DNA of 64,000 nucleotides from positions 11,270 through 75,269 of the forward strand of contig JBKCMS010000065.1 of the NCBI GenBank assembly GCA_046300175.1. The letters are read 5' to 3'. Source of the DNA: Pseudomonadota bacterium. GTDB lineage: Bacteria; Bdellovibrionota_C; UBA2361; OMII01. This document shows, piece by piece, positions 18,920 through 28,794 of this stretch (positions within the stretch are counted from its first letter, which is position 1; the number at the start of each line of letters is the position of its first letter). The position numbers and the translations under genes were made by a program. Under the pieces are notes generated by a model. The model was given only the letters and a program-made list of their open reading frames with translations. It did not search any database and was not told the DNA's origin.

Positions 18920-20388
18920 GGGTAGGTGTATTGTCTCAGGAGATGTATCCCCTTTTCTACGGGGGGATTGGCGTCCAGATGTACCTAGTAGCAAAGTGTC
19001 TTGTAGAAGCTGGGCATTCAGTCGAGTTTTTTACCAAAGGGCTAACTGGAGCCCATCCAGATATGGCTTCTCAGTTACCTGCGGGTATCAGAGTGCATTT
19101 TGTGTCTTCGCACTCTACACCTGACTGGGACTATCTTCCATCACTCTCCTACGCACGCAGAGCTGAGCGACTGGTGAGAAAAGTACATGAGCAAAGTGAG
19201 CTCGATTTGCTTCTGGTGACCGATTTTGGGGGGGAATCATTATTCTTACAGTTAGCGCCACTTCTGAGAAGGGACGGTCGAGATGTTCCTATGGTGATGA
19301 CAATTCACGGAGCATCAAGAGATGTAAATCAAGCTAACCTAAGGACTTTGACGTTAGAGGATGAGATAATCTGCTTGCAGGAAGAGATAGCGATTGCGTG
19401 CAGCTCCGTGTGTCTAGCGCCAAGCCAGATTTACTGGAAGCAAATACTGGAGAGGCTAGATTTAGCCGAGATGCCGGTCCGAATCATTCCTAATTTCTTT
19501 AACCGCGAGCTATTTTCCGACCCTATCCCATCAGTGTCCTCTGGAAGCGAGCACAAAAGCGACCGGAAAAAGATCGTATTCGTAGGGCGACTTGAGTACC
19601 GCAAAGGCATAGATATTCTGCTAGCTGCTTTTGATAGGGTGGCTTCTTCAAGGAGCGATATAGAGCTACATATCGTAGGCCGGGATTTGGAGTGGTCAGA
19701 ATATAAGGGGTACTTTAGCGAGTATTGGCTCAGTAAGTTGTCTCTAGAGGTTGCTCAAATGGTCCACTTTCATGGGCATAAATCACCTGAAGAGCTAAAG
19801 TCATTGATCCAGTCAGCGTATGTAGCGGTATTTCCATCACGATGGGAGCCTTTTGGAATCGTGGCACTAGAGGCGATGGCAACTGGGATGCCAGTAGTAG
19901 TCACAGCCGGCACAGGATTAGCTGAGATAGTCGGTGCTAGGTATGAGCTATTAATCGATCGAGACTCGAGTGATAGCGACCTTGAGCGAGTGCTAAAAAA
20001 AGTAATAGACGACGATGTGCTTCGAGATCGCATCGGTGCGGAATGTAGGATACTAGCCGATGAGTTGTGTAATCGAGCTCAGAGAGATCTATTAGCGGCA
20101 CTTAACGAGCTTCAATCTAGAGGATTGTCGTCTAGTCGTAAGCTTCCCGGAAGATTGATTGCTAGGTTGCAGGCTTCAGTGTTGGAATATGGAGTAGGAT
20201 GTGCGGCCGCGTCGCGAAATGATTCTCATGAATTGATCAAAGCGGTAGAGGTCAGGGACGCAATTATTCAAACCGAGCAGCAAAAGATATTGCAGAAAGA
20301 TACAGAGATTCTTAAGAGAGATGCGATCATATCCGCTCAGCAAGAGGAGATTGCTCGATTAAAAAGGTCACCGCAGGGGACACATTAG
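18916..20388 (+). CDS. GT4-family glycosyltransferase with a C-terminal coiled-coil tail
   Basis: FPSRWEPFGIVALEAMATGMPVV is an EX7E-type GT4 motif. The C-terminus LKAVEVRDAIIQTEQQKILQKDTEILKRDAIISAQQEEIARLK shows a heptad-like pattern. Confidence 0.8.
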   Translation: MRVGVLSQEMYPLFYGGIGVQMYLVAKCLVEAGHSVEFFTKGLTGAHPDMASQLPAGIRVHFVSSHSTPDWDYLPSLSYARRAERLVRKVHEQSELDLLLVTDFGGESLFLQLAPLLRRDGRDVPMVMTIHGASRDVNQANLRTLTLEDEIICLQEEIAIACSSVCLAPSQIYWKQILERLDLAEMPVRIIPNFFNRELFSDPIPSVSSGSEHKSDRKKIVFVGRLEYRKGIDILLAAFDRVASSRSDIELHIVGRDLEWSEYKGYFSEYWLSKLSLEVAQMVHFHGHKSPEELKSLIQSAYVAVFPSRWEPFGIVALEAMATGMPVVVTAGTGLAEIVGARYELLIDRDSSDSDLERVLKKVIDDDVLRDRIGAECRILADELCNRAQRDLLAALNELQSRGLSSSRKLPGRLIARLQASVLEYGVGCAAASRNDSHELIKAVEVRDAIIQTEQQKILQKDTEILKRDAIISAQQEEIARLKRSPQGTH

Positions 20389-20441
20389 GAGTATTTGAAT
20401 CGGCAAGAATGGGTGAACGACGTTTACTGGGGATATAGAAA

Positions 20442-21620
20442 GTGTTAGCGCGGATAGCGGAAAAGTTCCGATTAAGGCGACAGGGTGCTAAAACGCACCA
20501 CATCCTTGTTCTTGTCGAGGAGGAGATTTTCTGTCCAGTGACCTACGTACGTGTCGTCAATCACCTGCAGCATGCTCCGGCTGGGTGGACGTCAGAGATA
20601 TATGTGCTTCCTAGGGAAGCCGACCGTGCCCAGGAGAGGTTAAAGAAAGCCTCGCTGGTTTTCATGGCCCGGTGCGTAACATCTGAAGCTCTGCGGATAG
20701 CATCTCAGGCCCGTAGTGCCTCGGTGCCGGTGGTTTACGATATAGATGATTATCTCTGGCGGCTTCCAGAGTATCTGGATGCCAAGAATGGTGCTTTAGC
20801 AATCGATGAAATCATCCGTCAGGCAACGGTTGTTACAACTCCATCGGAAGCATTAGGAGAATTTATTCGCGAGCGCATTCCCGGCACAGCAGTGGTGCGA
20901 ATATCTAACGCAGCTAATCTGCCTATGCCAGAGTCGCCGACAGCAGAACTGACGGCAGTGATGGCAAATAGCGATTTCTTCCGATTAGCGGGGTCAAAAC
21001 AAGCGCTGTTCGAGGCGATGAAAGAGGCGGCTCGTTCTGCTAATCGCAGAGTATGGTTGTACTATCTCTCCAACGATCCTCCCGAATACTGCACGGACGA
21101 CCCTAATTTGCAGATTATCTGGTGTGGAGTTCGTTCCTATACCTCGTACAGAGCGCTACTGAATAAATTCAAGCCGGACCTAGCATTGGTTCCTCTGCCA
21201 GAGGACCATTTCAGCCGCTACAAGTCTGTGATTAAGTTTGCCGAATTCGGAGCTAGTGGTATCGCGACTATTTTTAGTGACGTGGAACCCTACAGAGGGT
21301 TTGTCAGGCATGGAGTAGATGGTTGGCTGTCAGGGAACTCTCCAGCAGAGTGGCGCCAGACAATGCACGCTGTCTTTTCATTGCCAAACGACGAGCTGCG
21401 CCTTGTTAGTGAACGTGCTCGCGAGAGGTCTCTAGGGCAATTCTCATCAACATCAGTTCGCCAGGAGCTCTTTGCTCTTTTTTCTAGTCTTAAAACCGAA
21501 AAAGTTAGTTATGATCGAGGTGGCATTTCTTTACCTCAGCCGCAGAACTTTACCTTTCAAGAGGCGTACTCCTACATCGTAGATGTTTGGCGTAACTCTA
21601 GTAGCCACAGGAAAGCATAA
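20442..21620 (+). CDS. Hypothetical protein, possibly a divergent GT-B fold glycosyltransferase
   Basis: The C-terminal segment KSVIKFAEFGASGIATIFSDVEPYRGFVRHGVDGWL resembles the GT-B C-terminal nucleotide-sugar binding region. The similarity is weak. Confidence 0.4.
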   Translation: MLARIAEKFRLRRQGAKTHHILVLVEEEIFCPVTYVRVVNHLQHAPAGWTSEIYVLPREADRAQERLKKASLVFMARCVTSEALRIASQARSASVPVVYDIDDYLWRLPEYLDAKNGALAIDEIIRQATVVTTPSEALGEFIRERIPGTAVVRISNAANLPMPESPTAELTAVMANSDFFRLAGSKQALFEAMKEAARSANRRVWLYYLSNDPPEYCTDDPNLQIIWCGVRSYTSYRALLNKFKPDLALVPLPEDHFSRYKSVIKFAEFGASGIATIFSDVEPYRGFVRHGVDGWLSGNSPAEWRQTMHAVFSLPNDELRLVSERARERSLGQFSSTSVRQELFALFSSLKTEKVSYDRGGISLPQPQNFTFQEAYSYIVDVWRNSSSHRKA

Positions 21621-21625
21621 GACTC

Positions 21626-24600
21626 ATGGATAATAGTTGTCCCATTATTACAGGTGTATTGAGCCTACACCGCGAAGGTGAGTTGTTGCGTGACTCATTT
21701 CGATCGCTTCTCGCTGCTTTGCGGCGCCTCGATATTGAAGGTATTGCCTGGGAAATGCTTTGCATTCTGGATAGAAGCGACGACCACACCCGACAGGTAG
21801 TGGCAGAGGAGATGGATAAAAATGAAATTGTGGGAGAACGACTTAAGGTACACGAGGTAAATAGGGGTGACCTGGGTCTGAGCCGCAACGAGGCTGCTCG
21901 ACTCGCTCAGGGACATTTTGTTGGTTTTCTCGATGGCGATGATCTGTGCAGCGCTGAATGGTTATTAAGAGCATACCGGTGCTGTGAACGCGATAGGCGA
22001 TTGATTGCTCATCCAGCAGCTAATATCTATTTCGGCCGCAGTAAGGGAATATTCGTTCATCCCGACCAAGTGCGCTATGACATCCGTTCACTGTTCTTCC
22101 ACAATCTGTGGACCGCACTCTCATTTGCTGCACGAGATGTTTATTGCTCACTGCCCTACGAAGCTAACGAACTGGATAGCGGTTTGGGATATGAGGATTG
22201 GAATTTTAACTGCCGATCGATCGCCGCAGGGTATAAACATGTAGCAGTTCCGCAGACCTGTCACTTTATACGTGTTAAAGCCGAGAAAGAGGGGTTGTGT
22301 GAGCAGAGTGCGGCACAGTTATGTGTAATTAAGCGTGTTCCTCTGTGGAGTCGATTAGCTGAGGAGAGTGAGGTTCTCTCAACAGATATTAGCGACAGTG
22401 AGCTTGCAGGGCTTGTAGCTAATGATCCGCAAAGGATTAATATTCGTCAGCTACCGCAGTGGTTGCGGGATGAGGTTTCCCGCCAAGCTCCGTCCATCGG
22501 AAGTGATGATTCATTGGCTAATATATCTCCCCCCACACTCAATAAGTTGGCTTCGTTTCTGCCGCAACCTGTTCTAAAGCGGATCGGCGCTGGTGTACGT
22601 GAATTGCATTTTATTGCGTCCGCATCTTTGGGCTGCCGTTCAACCGCTGACAAACTAGTGGTTTGTGATGATGCGCTGAATTGGCCAGATACGGAGGAGC
22701 CGTTAGTGCTGGCGCAGCTAGAAAGACATCTGCACGAGAGATTAGTACTGTTTGTAGGCGCGCTCATCACGCAGACGAATTGCTCAAGAATTCACTTATG
22801 GGACAGTATCAAAGCGCCTGCTTTAATAGCCAGACTGCAACAGTTGATTCGCAGATGTAATGTAACTGTTGTATGGCATCAGATGATCCCAGGAGACTTT
22901 CCAGCTCAGGTGAGCTCGCAGGAAATGGATGTTCTTCCTGAAGCATGGCGGCTGCAGTCAGAGGTTAATTCTAGCGCAAAGACGCTATCGTATGGCATAG
23001 ACGCGCCGAGAGAAAAGGATCAACTGCGGGTTCTGTTTCTGATTGATTGCCCGAGAGATCGAAACCCATGGGCCAGCCAGTCGATTTGGTACCGAGTTAT
23101 AGGGCCGGGGCAGGCATTACAGGCGCGCGGGCACGAAGTGATGTTCGGGTTGCTCGGTGAGGAAGACTTTTGGCGGGTAATTATCGAGCGTTATAGGTGT
23201 GATATAGTAGTTACCCATCGACCAGGTAGGTCACGGCACTTTCAGGAGCTGCGACGGATCACTCGACAACGAGGTGTACCCCTGGTTTACGAAGTCGACG
23301 ACAACATCATATCGCCAAGCGAGATACGGCACGCTGAGCATCTGAAATTACGAACCGCTCGTGAATTAGAATCGATCGTTGCTTGGGCGAATGAAAATGT
23401 TCAGTGTTTGAGTGAGTGCGATGCAGCTATTTTTGCGACCCCGGAATTGCAGGCGTGTGCACAAGGAAAACAGCTACATAGTTGGGTGGCGCCGAATTTC
23501 ATACCTGATTTTTATAAGCCCCCATCCGTGCTCCCAGATATAGCTGCTCGAAAATCGGGCCAATTCACCCTATTTTATGGACCAGGGTCACTTGAGCACG
23601 GTGTTTACTTTGAAGCGATCGGCGCCCAATTGGCAGAGGCGCTTAAAGCTATACCGGATTCGAAGTTAGTTTTAGGGGGCGGGCTTTCAGCTCCTACCAC
23701 TTTAGCCAGTATGGCCAATAGAGTGGAACGGATTCCGCGAGTAGCGCCGCAGCTTTATATGCAGTGCCTGTCCAAAGTTGATGTGGTGCTAGCCCCTATC
23801 GTCCTAGACCCATTCTCGAAATGTAAGAGCTGGATTAAGGCATTAGAGGCGACAGCAATGGGTAGCCAGTGGATCGGTTCAGCGCTGCCTGACTATGAAC
23901 GTTTTACCCACAAAACGGCCACAGGTGCGGTGGTAAAGAACGAAGCAGGCTGGGTAGAGGCGATTAAGGAGATGCACTCGCGAGTTGTTTCTGGTCATCG
24001 CGGAGATATTCCGGAGGGTTTCGGCGCTTGGATGTCAGATCATGTTGATGAATACGCAGACCTACTTCGAACAATACGCAATAATCATGGCTCTTCCGCG
24101 CGGGTTATGCCGCAGACTAAGTTTGCAGCTAGCGATCTGGAACAGGAGCCGGTGCATTGTCAGGTATATTGGGCGTGCGCTGCTGGCGGATTTAGTGAGG
24201 AGCGGTCTTTAAGATGCAAGGTAGTCACAGGCCAGTTGTTGACCTACTCATTTAATGTTGAAGCCCCAGGAATATCAAAGTTAAGAATTGATCCGATCGA
24301 TGTAGCTGGGACCACAGAGGTTGTTGAGTTGGTGGTGCGAGGTACAGGAGGTAAGAAAGTCATATTCAGAGCGGACGAACGTGGAGGGTGGGGTAGGCTT
24401 GTTATTGCGGGTGCACAGGCTGGCCAAAGTAGTCTAGGACAACTTCTTCTAGATGGTGATGGTATCGATCCACAGATATATTTACCTACCATGCGAGACC
24501 CGGTTAATTCACTGAGCGTGAGTATAACAATGCGACCTGGTAGACAGGACCAATCAGTATCAAGTACTAGGCACGGACGAAGAGGGTGGACTGAGTGGTT

Positions 24601-24628
24601 CCGTACACGGAGAATGGCAGCAGGGTGA
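21626..24628 (+). CDS. Multidomain glycosyltransferase (N-terminal GT2 domain, central GT-B-like domain, unknown C-terminal domain)
   Basis: The N-terminus PIITGVLSLHREGELL...FVGFLDGDDL carries the GT2 DxD motif. The central region shows a VLFLIDCP...VPLVYEVDDN...FYGPGS GT1/4-like pattern. The protein is 1000 aa. Confidence 0.65.
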   Translation: MDNSCPIITGVLSLHREGELLRDSFRSLLAALRRLDIEGIAWEMLCILDRSDDHTRQVVAEEMDKNEIVGERLKVHEVNRGDLGLSRNEAARLAQGHFVGFLDGDDLCSAEWLLRAYRCCERDRRLIAHPAANIYFGRSKGIFVHPDQVRYDIRSLFFHNLWTALSFAARDVYCSLPYEANELDSGLGYEDWNFNCRSIAAGYKHVAVPQTCHFIRVKAEKEGLCEQSAAQLCVIKRVPLWSRLAEESEVLSTDISDSELAGLVANDPQRINIRQLPQWLRDEVSRQAPSIGSDDSLANISPPTLNKLASFLPQPVLKRIGAGVRELHFIASASLGCRSTADKLVVCDDALNWPDTEEPLVLAQLERHLHERLVLFVGALITQTNCSRIHLWDSIKAPALIARLQQLIRRCNVTVVWHQMIPGDFPAQVSSQEMDVLPEAWRLQSEVNSSAKTLSYGIDAPREKDQLRVLFLIDCPRDRNPWASQSIWYRVIGPGQALQARGHEVMFGLLGEEDFWRVIIERYRCDIVVTHRPGRSRHFQELRRITRQRGVPLVYEVDDNIISPSEIRHAEHLKLRTARELESIVAWANENVQCLSECDAAIFATPELQACAQGKQLHSWVAPNFIPDFYKPPSVLPDIAARKSGQFTLFYGPGSLEHGVYFEAIGAQLAEALKAIPDSKLVLGGGLSAPTTLASMANRVERIPRVAPQLYMQCLSKVDVVLAPIVLDPFSKCKSWIKALEATAMGSQWIGSALPDYERFTHKTATGAVVKNEAGWVEAIKEMHSRVVSGHRGDIPEGFGAWMSDHVDEYADLLRTIRNNHGSSARVMPQTKFAASDLEQEPVHCQVYWACAAGGFSEERSLRCKVVTGQLLTYSFNVEAPGISKLRIDPIDVAGTTEVVELVVRGTGGKKVIFRADERGGWGRLVIAGAQAGQSSLGQLLLDGDGIDPQIYLPTMRDPVNSLSVSITMRPGRQDQSVSSTRHGRRGWTEWFRTRRMAAG

Positions 24629-24636
24629 TCAGATAA

Positions 24637-26331
24637 ATGGGCCGATTTTTGCACTATTTAACGCATCTTCTAGCGATCTTTATCGTAGTGCTGCTGTGGG
24701 CTCTTTGGCCTAGTGGTCAGATAGCCAATATGGCTGCTGATGCGGCGAGCTCAGGAATATCGGCAGATACGATTAGAGCTTATGAGGCAGCTTCACCGGT
24801 GACAGCTCTTCCTATGCCGGCCATATTGTGGGCGGCCGCTTACATTTGTTGTTGCCTGCTGGGCAGAGTCGGTCTCAAAAATAGGTTCTCAGACGGCCTT
24901 GCCAGTAGTTCGGAGATTGGTCCGCCGAGATATGCTGAGGATTATTTAGCCAAGTCTGACGAAGTTACATCTCGCATATCGTCAACTGTAGCAGATGATA
25001 TTTTTGAGACTAATTATAGTCGCCCAGCAGGTGGCACTGCGCGCCAATCTTTTTACCAACGCGTCGCCAAGCAAATCGTTGGCTTCGGGATGGTATGGGC
25101 CTCTCTTGGGGCATTACAATGGGTTTTTGGTAGTCCACTTTTAACTGGCGATTCAATTGTATATCTTCGTGGTGCCCTTAGTCCGTGGTCCCAATTTGGT
25201 GGTCATCACCCATCAGGAAGTGGTTGGCTGTTGTGGTTAGGCAAGCAGTTGGGATTTGCTGTTGGTGCCACTCTGACGGCGGTGGGCGCTATTGAGATAA
25301 GTATTATTCAACAGGTAGTGCGTAGGAATCTCGGCGCTGGAGTGGCATGGGCGGCAGCAGCGGCTTTCATGTTGTACCCAGATTTCCTTCTAATCCGTCT
25401 CTCTCTTTGGTCAGAGCCGGGTATGTTGCTACTGATCTCGATTTTGATTTTTGTGCTCGCTGCCAAGCGTTCAGGCGTAGTTTCGTGGTGTGCAGGACTG
25501 GTTGGCTTGTTTCTGGTGATGAGTGAGATGCGTCACGCTGCGATCTTTCTTCTTCCAGCGCTAGTCATTTCAGTCTCGGCGTGTCTTAGATTGTTTAAGG
25601 ATTGGAAAAGGGCAGGCATCAGCATCTGCACGGTGGCCAGCTGCTTTCTCGGGGGCTGGATGCTGGTGAATATGGCTCGCACTGGCAAACCTTTGGCTCC
25701 AGCAACTGGCTCATTTGAGTGTGTGCATTTCATAGCAGCTTATCACCGGGTTCCTTTCTGCAGTACAGCTCCAGGTATAGCTCTCTGCCAGATGGATTTG
25801 GATGGCGCGTGGCTTAAACAGGGGCTAGGCAATAACCCCGATTTTATCTCACTAGATCGATTTATATTTCGCCCTGATAGTCCTCTTAACAGGCTGGCTC
25901 TAAACAGTGAAGGTTTGTGTGAGCTCTGGAGGTCGATGCGCTCTGAATTAATAGCGAACTACAAAGTTGAGACCGCTCGATTGCTAGCATCTCGCACCGC
26001 TGGCCAATTCGGGTGGTGGCAGATAAGCGAGCGTGGGGCCAATCTGCGTAAAGAGGGGGTGTCGGGAGCCCTGGCTTTTCTCGACGCGGCTCTTGCCGCA
26101 TGCAACTCAGCTGTGTGGGTTCTCTGGAGTGCCTGGGCGGTTGCGTTGCTAAACGGGATCCGAACTCGGCGCGTTTTGAACCCTGTGGTGCTATTTTGCT
26201 TACTTGGAGGCTTAGGCCATGCCGCTGGGATAGCCGTCAACAATCCTTTTTTAGGCCTACGCTATCTGGCTATATCTAAATATCTCGTGTCCTTCGCGGC
26301 AGTGCTGATGATTGGGCGAAGGCGCTCTTAG
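24637..26331 (+). CDS. Polytopic integral membrane protein (candidate glycan polymerase/ligase or lipid-linked glycosyltransferase)
   Basis: It has more than 10 predicted TM helices and large loops. It sits directly after the multidomain GT and has no soluble catalytic motif. Confidence 0.45.
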   Translation: MGRFLHYLTHLLAIFIVVLLWALWPSGQIANMAADAASSGISADTIRAYEAASPVTALPMPAILWAAAYICCCLLGRVGLKNRFSDGLASSSEIGPPRYAEDYLAKSDEVTSRISSTVADDIFETNYSRPAGGTARQSFYQRVAKQIVGFGMVWASLGALQWVFGSPLLTGDSIVYLRGALSPWSQFGGHHPSGSGWLLWLGKQLGFAVGATLTAVGAIEISIIQQVVRRNLGAGVAWAAAAAFMLYPDFLLIRLSLWSEPGMLLLISILIFVLAAKRSGVVSWCAGLVGLFLVMSEMRHAAIFLLPALVISVSACLRLFKDWKRAGISICTVASCFLGGWMLVNMARTGKPLAPATGSFECVHFIAAYHRVPFCSTAPGIALCQMDLDGAWLKQGLGNNPDFISLDRFIFRPDSPLNRLALNSEGLCELWRSMRSELIANYKVETARLLASRTAGQFGWWQISERGANLRKEGVSGALAFLDAALAACNSAVWVLWSAWAVALLNGIRTRRVLNPVVLFCLLGGLGHAAGIAVNNPFLGLRYLAISKYLVSFAAVLMIGRRRS

Positions 26332-27227
26332 CTGCTCGTGCCGGTATGTGCAGAGGATGGTTTCTTGCAGCTCTCAGGCCGGTTTCCAAGTAAGCGACAA
26401 AATCCGTTTATGACAACGCGACGCAACCTGGTGATCGGTGATGAAAGCTTAACGATATCATGGGTAAAGGTTGATTTATCTCGAATACACGGGAATTCAG
26501 GCATACGAGAGCAGCGACCATATGCAAGCAGGCTATCGACAACCTCACGAACGCGCTCCTGCTGTGAATCATCGAATACGATAATAGCTCCGGGTTTAAG
26601 GATCGGGAGCAAATTGTTGAAGTCAGCGAGATAGGTAGTTTTCTCTCCATCAATATGGACAAGGTCCACATCTCTAGCTTGGTGAGCTTTGACATACTCC
26701 GGAACCGCTGTCAGGCAGTCACCGATGATCGTAGATACACGTCCTGGAAAGAGACGTTTTAGGGTATCACAGGCAGCCGGCACATAGACCTCTGGGTGGC
26801 ATAGCGGCTCTGGGGGATAGAATTGAGCAATGTCGTTTGCGACCAGCTTCAGCTTTGGGTTAGCCATCAGACAAAGCAGGGCCGAGTGGCCTCCGTTGAT
26901 ACCGATCTCAAACATAAAAGATGACTTCTTAGCAGCTTCAAAGAGACGTCGGCGCTTTAGGTCGTAAACGGGATAAAGGGGTGCCTGTGAGAATTTATCC
27001 TGAAGATGGTCGTAGAACAGGTTGCCGATGAGAACCTCAGGGTAGCCATGCTGAATAAGGGCACTACTTAGAGCCCGATTGAGCTCGGTGAGATTTCGTT
27101 CAAAATCCTCACTTGAGATCATTTCATCGTACGATTTATATGACATGCCTGCTAAGCTCCATTTAATAGGTGTAGCGATTCTATCTTTTGCGAGCGCGAT
27201 GTCAATTGCAGTGTCTATTCGGGCCAA
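26328..27227 (-). CDS. Class I SAM-dependent O-methyltransferase (TylF/MycF-like)
   Basis: FEIGINGGHSALLCL is a motif I-like sequence and GAIIVFDDS is typical of TylF-like sugar O-methyltransferases. Confidence 0.55.
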   Translation of the reverse strand: MARIDTAIDIALAKDRIATPIKWSLAGMSYKSYDEMISSEDFERNLTELNRALSSALIQHGYPEVLIGNLFYDHLQDKFSQAPLYPVYDLKRRRLFEAAKKSSFMFEIGINGGHSALLCLMANPKLKLVANDIAQFYPPEPLCHPEVYVPAACDTLKRLFPGRVSTIIGDCLTAVPEYVKAHQARDVDLVHIDGEKTTYLADFNNLLPILKPGAIIVFDDSQQERVREVVDSLLAYGRCSRMPEFPCIRDKSTFTHDIVKLSSPITRLRRVVINGFCRLLGNRPESCKKPSSAHTGTSS

Positions 27228-27270
27228 ACCGTTGGGCTACAGGGCTGTAGATCAATTTTAGATACAGGTT

Positions 27271-28755
27271 CTACCTATTGTTCGCAATCACCGAGAACCC
27301 CATCTCCAAGAGCTTCTGCTGTGCTAGCGGCGAGGCTTTTCCGGCTATGTTCATCTGGGCCGATGTTATGCGGGCCTCTTTCTCTATCCGCTTTTTAAAG
27401 TCTTGGAAGATCCCTGCAACCTCCTCGGTCCAAAACAGGTAATCTACCGGCAGCGGAATGAATAGTTGGTTGGAAGTTGTTACGGCTGCCGGAAGATAGA
27501 GTGATGCGATGATGCGCTTGAGCGGATATCTGGAGTGTTGCTTTTCTAGTGATTCAGCCACCGAGACAAAGTAAAGCGTCGACGGCTCATTTGTTGCGGT
27601 ACAAGCGGCTTTAATAAACTCTGTGTGGCCGGATACCTTTGGGCCTATCGTCGTCAGAGATGCTGAGATAAATCGTCGTGACCATGGGGTATAGGCTTGG
27701 TTGGCGAGAAATTGTTTGGCGACATCCTCGGGTACTCCCAGGGCTGCAAGCTCTTGCTGGTTCTTCTTGCCGATGGCATCAGGGTCCTCGTACAGAGCTA
27801 GTTTCTCTGCACGCTCGTACCAGGTGTTAAAGGTAGCGAGTTCGCCAAGGAGCCCTAGACCTGGGACAAAACGAAAGGCAGTCCCGACTGCTGTCTCAAT
27901 ACCAGCGACGCGAACTATTTCGCTGCGGAGCTGCTCGTTTGAAGTATAGGGATTAACACGGAGCTTGCGGAACCACTCGCGCTCGCGTTTTGTATAGCCG
28001 ATATATTTTAGGCCGAGCTTAGCACCCTGATCGAGGGTTTCCGATGCTGATATGCTGGAAGATTCCTTTGATGATTCAGATTTTTTGGGGGTACTGCTGT
28101 CTGATGACACAGCATCACCGACAGCATTGACTGCGCTCTTGCCTTTCCGGTATGCCCAAGTAAAAAGTCGCTCTGCCCCCTCAGGCACAGCAGCGAGTGT
28201 GTCCCCTAACTTCTCAGGATCAGAGAGAGTTTTTGCTGTTTTCTGAACGACTTTAACCGGCGCCATAACGATCCCCTTGCCTGCTTTATAAGCAGCGTCG
28301 GCAAATACACTTGAGCTTGAGAGCTTGTCGAGCTCTGCCAGGGCATTCATCTCGCCCACGCGGGTCTCTAGGAGTTGCTGCCCCTCAACGGTCATCGCTC
28401 CGAACTTAGACTCGATCCGATAATTATTGAAGTACCCGTCGCTGGTAACGCGTTCTGCCACTCTGTGGTAAGGACCCTTTAAAAGGTGTGCTGGGAGGAG
28501 CCTAGAGGCGGAGAGAGTAGTCGGTCTTTCAAAATGCGAAAGCGATGAATTCGATTGAGCTCTAGCAGGGAGGTTAGCGAATAAGCTAAAGACGGCTAGC
28601 GTTAGGAGACAGACAGAGTAGTAGTCTCTTGGAGCCGCTTTCCTCGTAGGGCTCATCGACGTATTTAGGTTTAGCGAACGGCGTGGCAGTGCTTTCATAC
28701 AGATATGCAGAGTACGCAAAGAAAGAACAAGTAAGGGCATAGCGTACGACAGCAT
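27271..28755 (-). CDS. Secreted hypothetical protein with a Ser-rich linker
   Basis: It has an N-terminal hydrophobic signal-like segment and the low-complexity stretch SSDSSTPKKSESSKESSSISASE. No recognisable catalytic motifs were found. Confidence 0.4.
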   Translation of the reverse strand: MLSYAMPLLVLSLRTLHICMKALPRRSLNLNTSMSPTRKAAPRDYYSVCLLTLAVFSLFANLPARAQSNSSLSHFERPTTLSASRLLPAHLLKGPYHRVAERVTSDGYFNNYRIESKFGAMTVEGQQLLETRVGEMNALAELDKLSSSSVFADAAYKAGKGIVMAPVKVVQKTAKTLSDPEKLGDTLAAVPEGAERLFTWAYRKGKSAVNAVGDAVSSDSSTPKKSESSKESSSISASETLDQGAKLGLKYIGYTKREREWFRKLRVNPYTSNEQLRSEIVRVAGIETAVGTAFRFVPGLGLLGELATFNTWYERAEKLALYEDPDAIGKKNQQELAALGVPEDVAKQFLANQAYTPWSRRFISASLTTIGPKVSGHTEFIKAACTATNEPSTLYFVSVAESLEKQHSRYPLKRIIASLYLPAAVTTSNQLFIPLPVDYLFWTEEVAGIFQDFKKRIEKEARITSAQMNIAGKASPLAQQKLLEMGFSVIANNR

Positions 28756-28794
28756 CTTATCGCTATCAAGAGTGCTCAGAGAAGCTCGCCTCTC

